Counted from the first letter of the stretch, positions 46,707 to 56,323 are shown. The stretch is DNA of 57,361 nucleotides from Deltaproteobacteria bacterium (GCA_031401135.1 JANNRF010000125.1:1-57361), one strand, 5' to 3'. Notes: a model not told the origin generated them from the letters alone. Program-made: numbers and translations.

Positions 46707-48389
46707 ATGGACCGCCGCGTTTCCGACCGAGTCCGCCGCCGGGTGGTCTGCGAAATCGTGTGCGCCGGCCAGCGCTTGCACGGAATTCTGGTCGACGTCT
46801 CGCGAACGGGCGCCTTCCTCCAACTCGCCTCGAACCTGCGCATCGGCGACGAACTCGAACTGTGGTTCGCAGATGAGAACTTCGCGCCGCAGGTCAGCCG
46901 GGCGCGTGTCGTGCGCAAGCGCATCTCGCCAGGCGCTTCGGCCTCGGTGGTTCGCTCGGGAATTGCGATCGAGTGGGTCGACGCGCCGAGCTTCGCGCGG
47001 CTGCTAGAGCCGAACCTCCGCGAGCTCGTGGAGGTGGAGATCGAGTTTCCGTTCGAGGAAGCGCCGGCGGCTGCATCGCGTGAAGCGCTTGCCGAGGCGA
47101 AGCGTTTGAAGAGTGAGCCGGTGGCGGCGCTCGATGCCGCGCCTTGCGCTGCGCCGGACCCGCTCGAAGCCGATCCACCGTCCGCTGAACGCGGCGAGAT
47201 CGTGCCCGTCGAGAGCGCGCCACTGATCGAACAGACGATCGATCTCGCGCCGGCCAGCGTGCGGGCGGATGTCGTCGTGCTGGATGAAGGCGAGCTCGGT
47301 GGAATCGTCGCGATCGTTCACTCGCTCGGCGCGGCGAGTCTGCGCATGCGTTGGGGCTCGCAAGCGGAGCCGCTGGAGTGGGAAGCGCCGCCGCGCCTCG
47401 TGATCGCGACCGCGCGGGTTGCGATGGCAGTGCCCATTGCCGAGGCCGCGCGCGGCGCTGGCGCGCTCGGCATCGCGGTATGCGATTCGGAGGCCAGCAC
47501 GCTGCGCGCGCGCCTCCGCCGGCAGGGCTACGAGATCGTCGTGCAGCGCGGCGCGCATCCCGCGACGCTCCGGCTGCTGCTCGGTGCGCTGCTGTTCCGC
47601 CACCGCGAGCGGCGCTCCGAACCGCGACGCCCATTCGGTGCGCCGGTGCGCGTGTGGCGCGGCTGGCGCCCGACGCAGGCACTGTTGCTCGACGTCACGA
47701 ACTCGGGCGGGAGCCTGCTCGTCGCGGAACCGCTCGCGCGCGGGACGCGCCTGAGCGTGCGCGTGCCGAGCAGGCACGCGGCCGGGCGCGCGCTCTCGCT
47801 GCCCGCGCAAGTCGAGCGCAGCGCCGCGACCGAAGACGGCGCGATTCTCGGCGTACGTTTTTGCGAACTCAGCGCGCGCAAACGCGCTCGGCTCGCGGCG
47901 TTCGTGAGCCAGCTCGAAGCAAGCGGCCCCGTGGCGCTCGACGCAAAGGTGGCAGCGCAGTTTGCTCCGCGTCACTTCGCCCCGCGCGGAGAGCGCCGTC
48001 TCGGCTCACGGCTGAAGCTCGCCCAACAGGCGCTCGCCATCGACGACCGGACCGGCATCGCGCGCCAGGTGTTATTCGGGACGGACTTCTCGCTGGGAGG
48101 CATGCGCGTCGAGCCGCATCCCGCGCTCCAGCGCGGTGCGCAGATTCGCATCGCGCTGCAGCCGCCCGGGGGTGCGCCGCCCGTGTTGCTGCGCGCGGAC
48201 GTGACGCGGGACGACGGCCCGCGCGGCCTCGTGCTGCGTTTCCTCGCGCTGAGCGCGAGCACGAAGCTCGCGATCGAGCGCATTCTCGACGCGGCGACGG
48301 AGGTCGAGCGCACCCGCGATGCGCGTGCGGCAAAAGGCGAGCGCGTGGTTCTCGGCACCCTGATCGAGGGCTCGCCCGCGGGCGGGTGA
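46707..48389 (+). CDS. Triple PilZ-domain protein (predicted c-di-GMP receptor) with a central receiver-like region
   Basis: Three RRxxxR ... D-x-[ST]-x-x-G pairs: RRVSDR/DVSRTG, RRSEPR/DVTNSG and RRLGSR/DFSLGG. 560 aa. Confidence 0.8.
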   Translation: MDRRVSDRVRRRVVCEIVCAGQRLHGILVDVSRTGAFLQLASNLRIGDELELWFADENFAPQVSRARVVRKRISPGASASVVRSGIAIEWVDAPSFARLLEPNLRELVEVEIEFPFEEAPAAASREALAEAKRLKSEPVAALDAAPCAAPDPLEADPPSAERGEIVPVESAPLIEQTIDLAPASVRADVVVLDEGELGGIVAIVHSLGAASLRMRWGSQAEPLEWEAPPRLVIATARVAMAVPIAEAARGAGALGIAVCDSEASTLRARLRRQGYEIVVQRGAHPATLRLLLGALLFRHRERRSEPRRPFGAPVRVWRGWRPTQALLLDVTNSGGSLLVAEPLARGTRLSVRVPSRHAAGRALSLPAQVERSAATEDGAILGVRFCELSARKRARLAAFVSQLEASGPVALDAKVAAQFAPRHFAPRGERRLGSRLKLAQQALAIDDRTGIARQVLFGTDFSLGGMRVEPHPALQRGAQIRIALQPPGGAPPVLLRADVTRDDGPRGLVLRFLALSASTKLAIERILDAATEVERTRDARAAKGERVVLGTLIEGSPAGG

Positions 48390-48462
48390 GCGCGAGCGTT
48401 CAGGCGAGAACGCGCGGCGGCTCCGAGGATGCGTTGCTCTCTCGCGGTACGCTGCGCGCCCC

Positions 48463-49974
48463 ATGAGCGACTCCGAGAACCGCAAGAACTGGCAGCCGAT
48501 CCTCGCCGAACTCGAGCGCCGCCGCGCGATCTCGCGCGCCATGGGCGGACCGGAGCGCGTCGAGCGCCTAATGACTGCGCGCGGGAAACTCGATGCGCGG
48601 CGGCGTCTCGACGCGCTGTTCGACCCGGGCAGCTTCGTCGAGTTCGGCGGGCTGGTGGGCGGCACCGCGACTCCCGGCGACGCACTCGTCGCGGGTTTCG
48701 GCAAGATCGAAGGCCGCAGCGTGATCGCCGCAGCCGAGGATTTCACGGTGCTCGGCGGCTCGATCGGCCACGGCTCCGCTTCCAAGCGCTACCGCGCCGT
48801 CGAACTCGCGCAGCAGGAGCGCGTGCCGCTGGTGTTCATGCTCGACGGCGCCGGCCATCGCCTCACCGACACCGGCGGCTACGGCCGCGCGCCGAACGAT
48901 CTGCTCGCGCTGGCGGACTTATCAGGGCGCGTGCCGATGGTGTGCCTCGTGCTCGGCGCCTCCGCCGGCCACGGAGCGCTCACCTCGCCACTCAGCGATT
49001 TCACGATCATGAGCGCAGCCGGCGCGATGTTCACCGGCGGCCCGCCGCTCGTGAAGGCTGCGCTCGGCGAGGACGTGACCAAAGAAGAACTCGGCGGCCC
49101 GAAGGTGTGCGCCGAGATTGCGGGAACGGTGCACAACGTCGCAGCGAACGACGGCGAGGCGATCGCGCTGGCGCGGCGGTACCTCTCGTATCTGCCGTCG
49201 AACTGTTATGGCGCGGCGCCGCATCGCGAAGGTCCCGACGCCGGGCCCCGCTCGCTCGAGGATCTGCTCGATCTGATCCCGCCGAGCGATCGCAAGCCGT
49301 ACAAGATGCAGCGCGTGCTCGAGCGCCTCGTCGATCGCGGCAGCCTGTTCGAGATTCAGCCCGGCTACGGCGCCTCGCTGATTACGGCTCTCGCGTTCAT
49401 CGGCGGCCAGTCGTGCGCGCTCGTCGCGAATAATCCTTGGGTGCGCTCGGGCTCGGTGGACAGCGCCGCCGCGATCAAGGCGATGGACTTCCTCGAAACC
49501 GCGGGCCGCTTCAACCTGCCGCTGATCTTTCTCGCCGACAACCCGGGTGTTATGGCGGGCAGCAAGGCCGAGCGCGAGGGCATCCTCAAGTGGGCCGGCA
49601 AGATGTTCCGCGCCGAGCGGCGTCTGCGCGTACCGAAGATCCACGTGACGTTCCGCAAGGCGTTCGGCTTCGGCTCGACCACGATGGGGCACAACCCGTT
49701 CGACCATCAGACGCTGCAGCTCTCGTTCCCGAATCTCACGATGAGCTCGATGCCCGCGGTCGCGGGTGGTGCGAGCGCGAAACTCGATGCGGAGACGCAG
49801 GCGCGCGTCGAGGCCGAGCAGAAGGCGGGCGCGTGGCGCATGGCATCGAGCCTCGGCACGGACGACGTGATCGACCCGCGCGAGCTGCGTAACAAGCTGC
49901 TGCAAGCGCTGGAACTGGCGCGCGAAAGAATCCGCAACCCGCGCCGCGAGCGCGAGAACGAGGAGCAACGATGA
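48463..49974 (+). CDS. Acyl-CoA carboxylase carboxyltransferase (beta) subunit
   Basis: 503 aa. Carboxyltransferase N/C domains (AAEDFTVLGGSIGHGSASK; PLIFLADNPGVMAGSKAEREGILKWAGKM). No biotin carboxylase or BCCP gene lies in the window. Confidence 0.85.
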   Translation: MSDSENRKNWQPILAELERRRAISRAMGGPERVERLMTARGKLDARRRLDALFDPGSFVEFGGLVGGTATPGDALVAGFGKIEGRSVIAAAEDFTVLGGSIGHGSASKRYRAVELAQQERVPLVFMLDGAGHRLTDTGGYGRAPNDLLALADLSGRVPMVCLVLGASAGHGALTSPLSDFTIMSAAGAMFTGGPPLVKAALGEDVTKEELGGPKVCAEIAGTVHNVAANDGEAIALARRYLSYLPSNCYGAAPHREGPDAGPRSLEDLLDLIPPSDRKPYKMQRVLERLVDRGSLFEIQPGYGASLITALAFIGGQSCALVANNPWVRSGSVDSAAAIKAMDFLETAGRFNLPLIFLADNPGVMAGSKAEREGILKWAGKMFRAERRLRVPKIHVTFRKAFGFGSTTMGHNPFDHQTLQLSFPNLTMSSMPAVAGGASAKLDAETQARVEAEQKAGAWRMASSLGTDDVIDPRELRNKLLQALELARERIRNPRRERENEEQR

Positions 49975-50966
49975 AGTATCGACTGATGGGCAAAAGTGGC
50001 CTGCGCGTTTCGGAGCTGGCGCTGGGCGCGATGACGTTCGGCACCAAAGGCTGGGGCGCGGACAAGGACGAGAGCCGCAGCGTCTACGACGGCTTCCGCG
50101 AAGCCGGCGGCAATTTCATAGACACCGCGAACATCTACAGCGGCGGCACGAGCGAGACGTTTCTCGGCGAGTTCCTCGCGGAAGATCGCGAGCGCATCGT
50201 GCTCGCGACCAAGTACACCGGCGCGACGCGCGCGCGCGACGTCAACGCGGCCGGTAACAACCGCAAGAACATGCTCGACTCGGTGCACGCCAGCCTGAAG
50301 CGCCTGCGCACGGACTACATCGACCTGTACTGGGTGCACGCGCGGGATTTCACGACGCCGATCGAAGAAGTGATGCGCGCGCTCGACGACCTCGTGCGGC
50401 AAGGCAAGGTGCTCTACGTGGGCGTCAGCGACACGCCCGCGTGGGAGGTCTCGCGCGCGAACACGCTCGCCGAGCTGCGCGGCTGGAGCGCGTTCGTGGG
50501 CTTGCAGATCCGCTACTCGCTGTTGGATCGCGCCGTCGAGCGGGAACTCCTGCCGATGGCGAAGACGCTCGATCTGACCGTCACGCCGTGGGACGTGCTC
50601 GGCTCGGGCGTGCTCGCGGGCAAGTACAACAACAACCCCGCGGAGGCGGGCCGCGCGAAGTTGCGCGGCGCAGTGAGCGAGCGCTCGCTCGGCATCGCGG
50701 GCGAGGTCATCAAGGTCGCGCAGGAACTCGGCAAGTCGCCTGCGCAGATTGCGCTCAACTGGGTGCGGCAAGGGCAGGGCGTGATCGTGCCGCTGGTGGG
50801 GGCCCGCACGCGCGCGCAACTCGATGACAACCTCGGCTGCCTCGAGTTCTCCCTAACGCCTGAGGCGAAGCAGCGCCTCGACGACGCGAGCAAGATCGAG
50901 CTGGGCTTCCCGCACGAGTTCTTGCAGCAGTTCCGCTCGGACAAGGTGGTGAATCATCGGGAGTGA
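49971..50966 (+). CDS. Aldo/keto reductase
   Basis: ATGA overlap with the previous gene. MKYRLMGKSGLRVSELALGAMTFG, FIDTANIYSGGTSE and IDLYWVHARD motifs. Confidence 0.88.
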   Translation: MKYRLMGKSGLRVSELALGAMTFGTKGWGADKDESRSVYDGFREAGGNFIDTANIYSGGTSETFLGEFLAEDRERIVLATKYTGATRARDVNAAGNNRKNMLDSVHASLKRLRTDYIDLYWVHARDFTTPIEEVMRALDDLVRQGKVLYVGVSDTPAWEVSRANTLAELRGWSAFVGLQIRYSLLDRAVERELLPMAKTLDLTVTPWDVLGSGVLAGKYNNNPAEAGRAKLRGAVSERSLGIAGEVIKVAQELGKSPAQIALNWVRQGQGVIVPLVGARTRAQLDDNLGCLEFSLTPEAKQRLDDASKIELGFPHEFLQQFRSDKVVNHRE

Positions 50967-51001
50967 CGGCTGCGTCGCGCGGGCGGTTTCGAGCGAGCCG
51001 C

Positions 51002-52198
51002 TCAGCGGCGCATGAAGCGCGCCATCGCCTTCTTCGCGGCCGGCGCGAGCAGCGGCGCTAGCGCGCGGCGCCAGAGCGGCGCGGCGGAGGTGTTACTGGC
51101 GGAGGCGTAGGCGCCGAGGCCGAGCGCGTCGCGGAAATCCGAGGAGGCGAGCTCCGAGGCGCCGTCGAGCGGGATACCGGTGGCGTCGGCGATGCGCGTC
51201 ATGCGCTCGAAATTGCCGATCACGCCCGCAGCATCGACCAGCGCTGCCGAGCCCGCCTTTGCGCGCAGCGCATCGCGCGCTGCCGCGAGCGCACCGGCGT
51301 TGCTCGCGAGCGCCGCCTCCGCGAACGCGGTCAGCTCCGCCGCGTGCGCGACGCCCACCGAGTCGTCCTTCGCGCCTTCGCTGATCGCGCGCAGATCCAC
51401 TTCGCCTTGCTTTGCCTCGACGCTCGCCCGGAGCATCAGCGCGTGCGAGGTCGTTCAATAGAAGCAGGCGTTCAGCGCGGAAACGCGGCCCGCGACGAGC
51501 TCCATCTGCGCGCGGTCGAGGGTCTTGCCCGTGTCGAGGCGCGTCATGCGCGCGAACGAGAGGTATTGCGCGGCCGAGAGTGAGGCCCACGCGCGCACTT
51601 CGTTCGGCGTGAGCGTGAGCGCGCGCATCACGTAGGCGGCGCCGAGCGGGCCTTTTCCGAACAGGTCGCGCTCGCTCGGCGCGACTTGCTTGGCGGCGAT
51701 CATCGGCAGCCACGCTTCGCCAGATGTTAGGCCGGCGGGCCGCACGCGCGTCGGATCGCCGCGCTCGGGCTGGGGGAGCGGCTCGAGCGGGAGGCCCATT
51801 GCGTGGTGGAAGCCGTCCACGCTGATCGCGATCACGGCGACGCCGAGGGCTTCCGCGTAGCGCTCGTCCGTCACGCCTTGGGACGCGAGCCCCGCGTACC
51901 ATTTGCGCGTGAGCCGCGAGGCGTCGGTTGTTACGCGGTGAATCGCGTCGACGAGCGCCGCAGGCAGCGCGGGAGTCGCGGTGTGCGGCTCGGGGCCTGC
52001 GTACGGCGAGAGGGCGGCTTTGCGCCGCGCGCACAGTGCACAATCGCGCGCGCGACGTGTCTCCTCCGCCACGGCGACGCGCTCCGCGCCGGTGAGCCAC
52101 GCGCCGGGCTTCGCGATGTGCACCCAGGCGGCGCGATGCGCCTCGGCGAGATCGTCGCGAATCGGGTCGGGCGAGGCGGTGTAGTCGAAGGCGGTCAT
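51002..52198 (-). CDS. CMD/AhpD-family (peroxidase-related) protein with in-frame TGA at 51455-51457; candidate selenoprotein (otherwise a gene split in two)
   Basis: ORFs 51455-52198 and 51002-51436 share one frame and are separated by a single TGA. The read-through sequence is SALNACFY-[TGA]-TTSHALML, which matches the CMD motif N-x-C-x-Y-C-x-x-x-H with TGA at the second Cys. No SD precedes the downstream ATG at 51436. Confidence 0.6.
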
Positions 52199-52257
52199 GA
52201 GCGGCTCCGGGTACGCGACGCCACACTACGCCTCCCGGCCCAGCGCGTGAAGAGCGA

Positions 52258-52740
52258 TTATGGGCTCGCGGTCACCGCCCCGCCGCCGCACAGCACGTCG
52301 TTCGCGTGCATCGTGTCCATGTATTCGCGCCACTCGACGATCTTGCCGCCGCGGGCGCGCATCACGAAGTGGTACTTGTTGTTGTAGAGCTTGCCCGAGA
52401 CGTGCATGCCGCGTGATTCGGCCTCGATCGCAACGCGCTCGCCCTCGGCAGTCAGCGCGTGGATCGTGAAGCTGAGACCCTTCGGGAAAACAGTGAGTAC
52501 GCCGCGCGAGGCGGCGGCGATCTGGTCCACCGTGAAGGTGCCCGAGATCGGCATCGTGCCCGAGGTCCAGCACGTGCCGCCGGGCGCGTACGCTGCGACG
52601 ATCGCATCCACGTCTGCACGCGAGATCGCGTCGATGAAGCGCCACGCGAGCGCTTTGTTGACGGCTTCGGCGGAAGCGCGCTTCTTCGCGGCGTGTTTCG
52701 GCTTCTTCGCAACACGCTTCGACTTCCGCTTCGCCGTCAT
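52258..52740 (-). CDS. SnoaL/NTF2-like fold protein with a lysine-rich N-terminal tail
   Basis: 160 aa. Tail MTAKRKSKRVAKKPKHAAKKRA, then a SnoaL-like core (ALAWRFIDAISRADVDAIVAAYAPGG...KIVEWREYMD). Confidence 0.65.
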   Translation of the reverse strand: MTAKRKSKRVAKKPKHAAKKRASAEAVNKALAWRFIDAISRADVDAIVAAYAPGGTCWTSGTMPISGTFTVDQIAAASRGVLTVFPKGLSFTIHALTAEGERVAIEAESRGMHVSGKLYNNKYHFVMRARGGKIVEWREYMDTMHANDVLCGGGAVTASP

Positions 52741-52827
52741 CGCACTTGGCTCCGCTACTGGAAGGAGTGTCCCTCAAGTCACCAACCAGTATGAACGTCC
52801 CGGTCTGATTACTTGCTGGCGCGGGGC

Positions 52828-53886
52828 TCAGGCGCCGAGACGGCGCACGGCGGCTTGCGCGGAGGCGGCGAGGCCGTCGATTTGCGCTTTGAAGGCGCCG
52901 ATGTCGGCTTGCTTGCCCATCACGTTCTGGATGTAGCGGGCCATAACACCTTCGACGATTGCGGCGAGCCGCCAGTACTGGAAGGCGCGGAAGTAGTCGA
53001 CGCCCGCCGTGCTGGCGCCGGTGAGTTCCTCGTAGCGCGCGAGCAGTTGCGCGCGGGTCGGGAAGCCGCCCGCGATCGTCGGCGATTGTGCGGCGCCGCG
53101 CGCCGTGGGCGTGTTCTCCTCGCCCGGCTCGGCCCAGTTGTTCATCAGGAAGCCCACGTCGGCGAGCGGATCGCCGAGCGCGCACAGCTCCCAATCGAGC
53201 ACCGCCTGAATGCGCGCGTCCTTCGAGAGCATGTTCCCGATGCGGTAATCGCCGTGCACGATGCCGGTGCGTAGCTGCGCGGGCTTCGCCTTTTCGAGCG
53301 CGTCGCCCACTTCTTCCATCGCCGGCAATTCGCGCGTCTTCGACTTCTCCCACTGCGTGCGCCAGCGGTGGATCTGGCGATCGAGGTACTGCTCGCGCTT
53401 GCCGAGGTTGCCGAGCCCGACTTTGTCGATGTCGACGGCGTGCAACTTCGCGAGCACGTCGACCACGTGCCAGCCAAGCGGCATTCGGTCCGCGATCGGC
53501 ACGTTCTCTGTCACGACGGCCGCGGTATCGAGCACGAAGCCGTCCACGAACTGCATCACGTAGAACGGCGCGCCGTTCACGCTCAGGTCCGTGCACAGCC
53601 CTAACACCGGGGCGACCGGCACATCCGTGTTCGCCAGCGCGTACAGGATCTTGTGCTCGCGGCCCATGTCGTGGGCGGTCGCGAGCACGGCGCCAAGGGG
53701 AGGGCGGCGCAGCACGGTGCGATTGCCCGCGGCGTCGCTCACGCGATACGTGAGGTTCGAGTGCCCGCTCGCGATGATCGAGAACGTGAGCGGCGCGCGC
53801 GCGCCCGCCACGTTCGCGACGTACCACTCCGTAACACGCGCGGCGTCGATGCCCTTGGGCATTTCGCCGGAAGTCTGCTCGGTCAT
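52828..53886 (-). CDS. Phosphotransferase (APH/choline-kinase-like) family protein
   Basis: SD AAGGAAG. Brenner/catalytic motif IVHGDYRIGNML and DWELCALGDPLADVG. This family is commonly paired with acyl-CoA dehydrogenase clusters. Confidence 0.82.
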   Translation of the reverse strand: MTEQTSGEMPKGIDAARVTEWYVANVAGARAPLTFSIIASGHSNLTYRVSDAAGNRTVLRRPPLGAVLATAHDMGREHKILYALANTDVPVAPVLGLCTDLSVNGAPFYVMQFVDGFVLDTAAVVTENVPIADRMPLGWHVVDVLAKLHAVDIDKVGLGNLGKREQYLDRQIHRWRTQWEKSKTRELPAMEEVGDALEKAKPAQLRTGIVHGDYRIGNMLSKDARIQAVLDWELCALGDPLADVGFLMNNWAEPGEENTPTARGAAQSPTIAGGFPTRAQLLARYEELTGASTAGVDYFRAFQYWRLAAIVEGVMARYIQNVMGKQADIGAFKAQIDGLAASAQAAVRRLGA

Positions 53887-53916
53887 CTGTCTTCCTTCAC
53901 TGCTTGCGCTGGCGAA

Positions 53917-54678
53917 CTACTTGGGTGCGAAGCGCTGCCCGCCATCGAGACGGATCGTAGACCCGTTGAGCATCGGGTTCTCGAAGATCGCGATCGCCAT
54001 GCGGCCGTACTCGTCGGGGCGGCCCATGCGCTTCGGGAAGGCGGCGTCGCGCACGAGGTTCTCTGCCATCGCCTCGGGGATGCCCTTCGTTAGCCCCGTC
54101 GAGAAGAGACTTGGCGCAATCGTCATCACGCGGATGCCGAGGCTCCCGAGATCCCGCGCCATCGTGAACGTCATGCCCGCGATGCCGGCCTTGGCGGCGG
54201 TGTAGGCGACTTGCCCGATCTGGCCCTCGAATGCCGCGATCGAGGCAGTCATCAGGATCACGCCGCGCTCGCCGTTCTCGTCGGGCTCGTTCGTGCTCAT
54301 GCAGTGCGCCGCGATGCGCGCGACGTTGAAGCTCGCGGTCAGGTTGAGGTCGATCACTTTGCGAAACGCCTCGAGCGCGTGCGGGCCGTCCTTCGCGAGC
54401 GTGCGCATCGCGACGCCGCCGCCCGCGGTGTTCACACAGAAGTGCACGCCGCCGAGCGCCCCCACCGCTTCGCGCAGCGCCGTTTCGGTGGCCACGAAGT
54501 CGGTCACGTCGCACGCGAAGAAGGCCGCGCCTAATAGCTTGGCTACCTCGGCGCCCGCCGACTGCGGGCGATCGAGGATCGCCAGCTTGCCGCCTTTGGC
54601 GACGAACATCTCCGCCGTAGCGCGCGCCATACCTGAAGCGCCGCCAACGACGATTGCCTTCCTGCCTAGAATCTCCAT
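53917..54678 (-). CDS. SDR, 3-hydroxyacyl-CoA dehydrogenase type-2 (HSD10)-like
   Basis: SD AGGGAG. KAIVVGGASGMARATA, GVILMTASIAAFEGQIGQVAYTAAKAGIAGMT and RVMTIAPSLFSTGL motifs. Confidence 0.82.
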   Translation of the reverse strand: MEILGRKAIVVGGASGMARATAEMFVAKGGKLAILDRPQSAGAEVAKLLGAAFFACDVTDFVATETALREAVGALGGVHFCVNTAGGGVAMRTLAKDGPHALEAFRKVIDLNLTASFNVARIAAHCMSTNEPDENGERGVILMTASIAAFEGQIGQVAYTAAKAGIAGMTFTMARDLGSLGIRVMTIAPSLFSTGLTKGIPEAMAENLVRDAAFPKRMGRPDEYGRMAIAIFENPMLNGSTIRLDGGQRFAPK

Positions 54679-54688
54679 CGCGATCTCC

Positions 54689-55882
54689 CTAATCCCTTCG
54701 GATCAACAAGCAGCCACCGATCGGGCCGCCGCCTGCGGCTGCGACTCCGACGCGCGCGTCCGGCACTTGGCGTTCGCCACCTTCGCCCCATAGCTGCACG
54801 CACGCTTCGTGCAGGAATCCGTAGCCGTGCAGCCGCCCGCCGGAGAGCTGCCCACCGCTCGTGTTGAGCGGTAGCTCGCCGCCGAGCGCGATGCGCGCGC
54901 CGCCCTCCACGAACGCACCGCCTTCGCCGCGCCCGCAAAAGCCGAGCGCCTCGAGCCAGGCGAGCGCGATGAAGCTGAAGCCGTCGTAGAGCTGGGCTAC
55001 GTCGACGTCCTTGGGCGTTAGATCGGTGCGCGTCCAGAGCTGCTTGCCGGCGTCGCGCAGCGCCATCGTTGTTAGGTCGTCGAATTGATCCCAGGACGGA
55101 CGCCCGTGCAGCGCCGCCCCGATCGCCTCGACGTGCAGCGGCGGCTTGCGCAGGTCGCGCGCGAGATCGGCGCGCGAGAGCACGAACGCGGTCGAACCGT
55201 CCACCGGCACATCGCAGTCGTACAGACAGAACGGCGTGGAGATCATGCGCGCGGCGAGATAGTCCGCGAGCGTTAGCGGCTCGCGGTAGATCGCCTTGGG
55301 ATTCTTCGCGGCGTTCTTGCGCGCGTTGAGCGCGATTTGCGCGAGTTGTTCGCGCGTGGTGCCGAACTCGTGCATGTGGCGCTGCGCGAACAGCGCGATC
55401 CAGTTCGCCGCGCTCGCGGCGCCGTAAGGCAACACCCATTGCATGAAGCCGCTCGCGCGGAAGCCGCCGCCTGCGCCGCCGATGCCTTGCCGGCGCCCGC
55501 CGCCCTGCGCGGTGCTCTCCCACACCGTGCGGAAGCAGAGCACGTGCTTCGCATAACCGGCCGCGATCGCGGCGCAGGCCGTAATCACACTGCCGAGCTG
55601 GCCGGAGGTTTCGCTGCCGCCGTGGTACCAGTCGAGCTCGAGGCGCAGCGCTTCGTGCACTTCGCTCACACCCGCGCCGCTGAAGCCCGCGAAGCCGGCG
55701 CCACTCCCCATCATGCCGGGGTAGGTGGCGAGGCCGTCGATGTCTGCGCGCGTGAGGCCGGCGTCGGCGATGGCGGCGAGGCAGGCATCGATGGTGAGTG
55801 CGAGCGGATCGCGGTTGAGGCGGCGGCCCACGTCGGATTGCCCGATGCCTGTAACAGCTGCTGCGCGTTCGCCGCCGCTCAT
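54689..55882 (-). CDS. Thiolase-fold protein, SCP-x / lipid-transfer (Ltp)-type
   Basis: ATG at 55882 forms an ATGA overlap with the DUF35 gene. AVTGIGQSDVGRRL..., C-terminal LPLNTSGGQLSGGRLHGYGFLHEACVQLWGE... and AAAGGGPIGGCLLI motifs. Confidence 0.82.
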   Translation of the reverse strand: MSGGERAAAVTGIGQSDVGRRLNRDPLALTIDACLAAIADAGLTRADIDGLATYPGMMGSGAGFAGFSGAGVSEVHEALRLELDWYHGGSETSGQLGSVITACAAIAAGYAKHVLCFRTVWESTAQGGGRRQGIGGAGGGFRASGFMQWVLPYGAASAANWIALFAQRHMHEFGTTREQLAQIALNARKNAAKNPKAIYREPLTLADYLAARMISTPFCLYDCDVPVDGSTAFVLSRADLARDLRKPPLHVEAIGAALHGRPSWDQFDDLTTMALRDAGKQLWTRTDLTPKDVDVAQLYDGFSFIALAWLEALGFCGRGEGGAFVEGGARIALGGELPLNTSGGQLSGGRLHGYGFLHEACVQLWGEGGERQVPDARVGVAAAGGGPIGGCLLIRRD

Positions 55883-56304
55883 CGCACAGCGCTCGCAGGC
55901 TCGAACAAGGGAAGAAACACGCCGTCCCCGAGATCTTCGAATCGCGCGCGCAGCGACATCCCGATCGCGATGTTCTGCTCGTCGCAGCCGACGAGATTCG
56001 TCGTGAGCCGCAGCCCCACCTGCTCCTCGATCTCGACGATCGCGATCACGTAGGGCGGATCGAAACCCGGGAGCCACGGGTGATGGTTCACCGTGTAGGT
56101 GAGCAGCGTGGCGCGGCCCGAGACCGCGGCTGGTGCGAGTTCTCGCGAAAGGCACTGCGGGCACACGGGCGAGGGCGGATGCACGAACTGCGCGCACGCG
56201 GTGCAGCGCAAAAAGGTGAGCTCACCCCGCGCGCCGCCGCGCCAATAATGCTCGTTCTCGGGCGTGATTTGCGGCAGCACGCGGAACGGCTTCTTCTGGG
56301 TCAT
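55879..56304 (-). CDS. DUF35 OB-fold / zinc-ribbon protein (thiolase partner)
   Basis: 141 aa. Rubredoxin-like LRCTACAQFVHPPSPVCPQC followed by an OB-fold segment. Translationally coupled to the thiolase. Confidence 0.82.
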   Translation of the reverse strand: MTQKKPFRVLPQITPENEHYWRGGARGELTFLRCTACAQFVHPPSPVCPQCLSRELAPAAVSGRATLLTYTVNHHPWLPGFDPPYVIAIVEIEEQVGLRLTTNLVGCDEQNIAIGMSLRARFEDLGDGVFLPLFEPASAVR

Positions 56305-56323
56305 TCGAGGAACCGCGCGCCCG

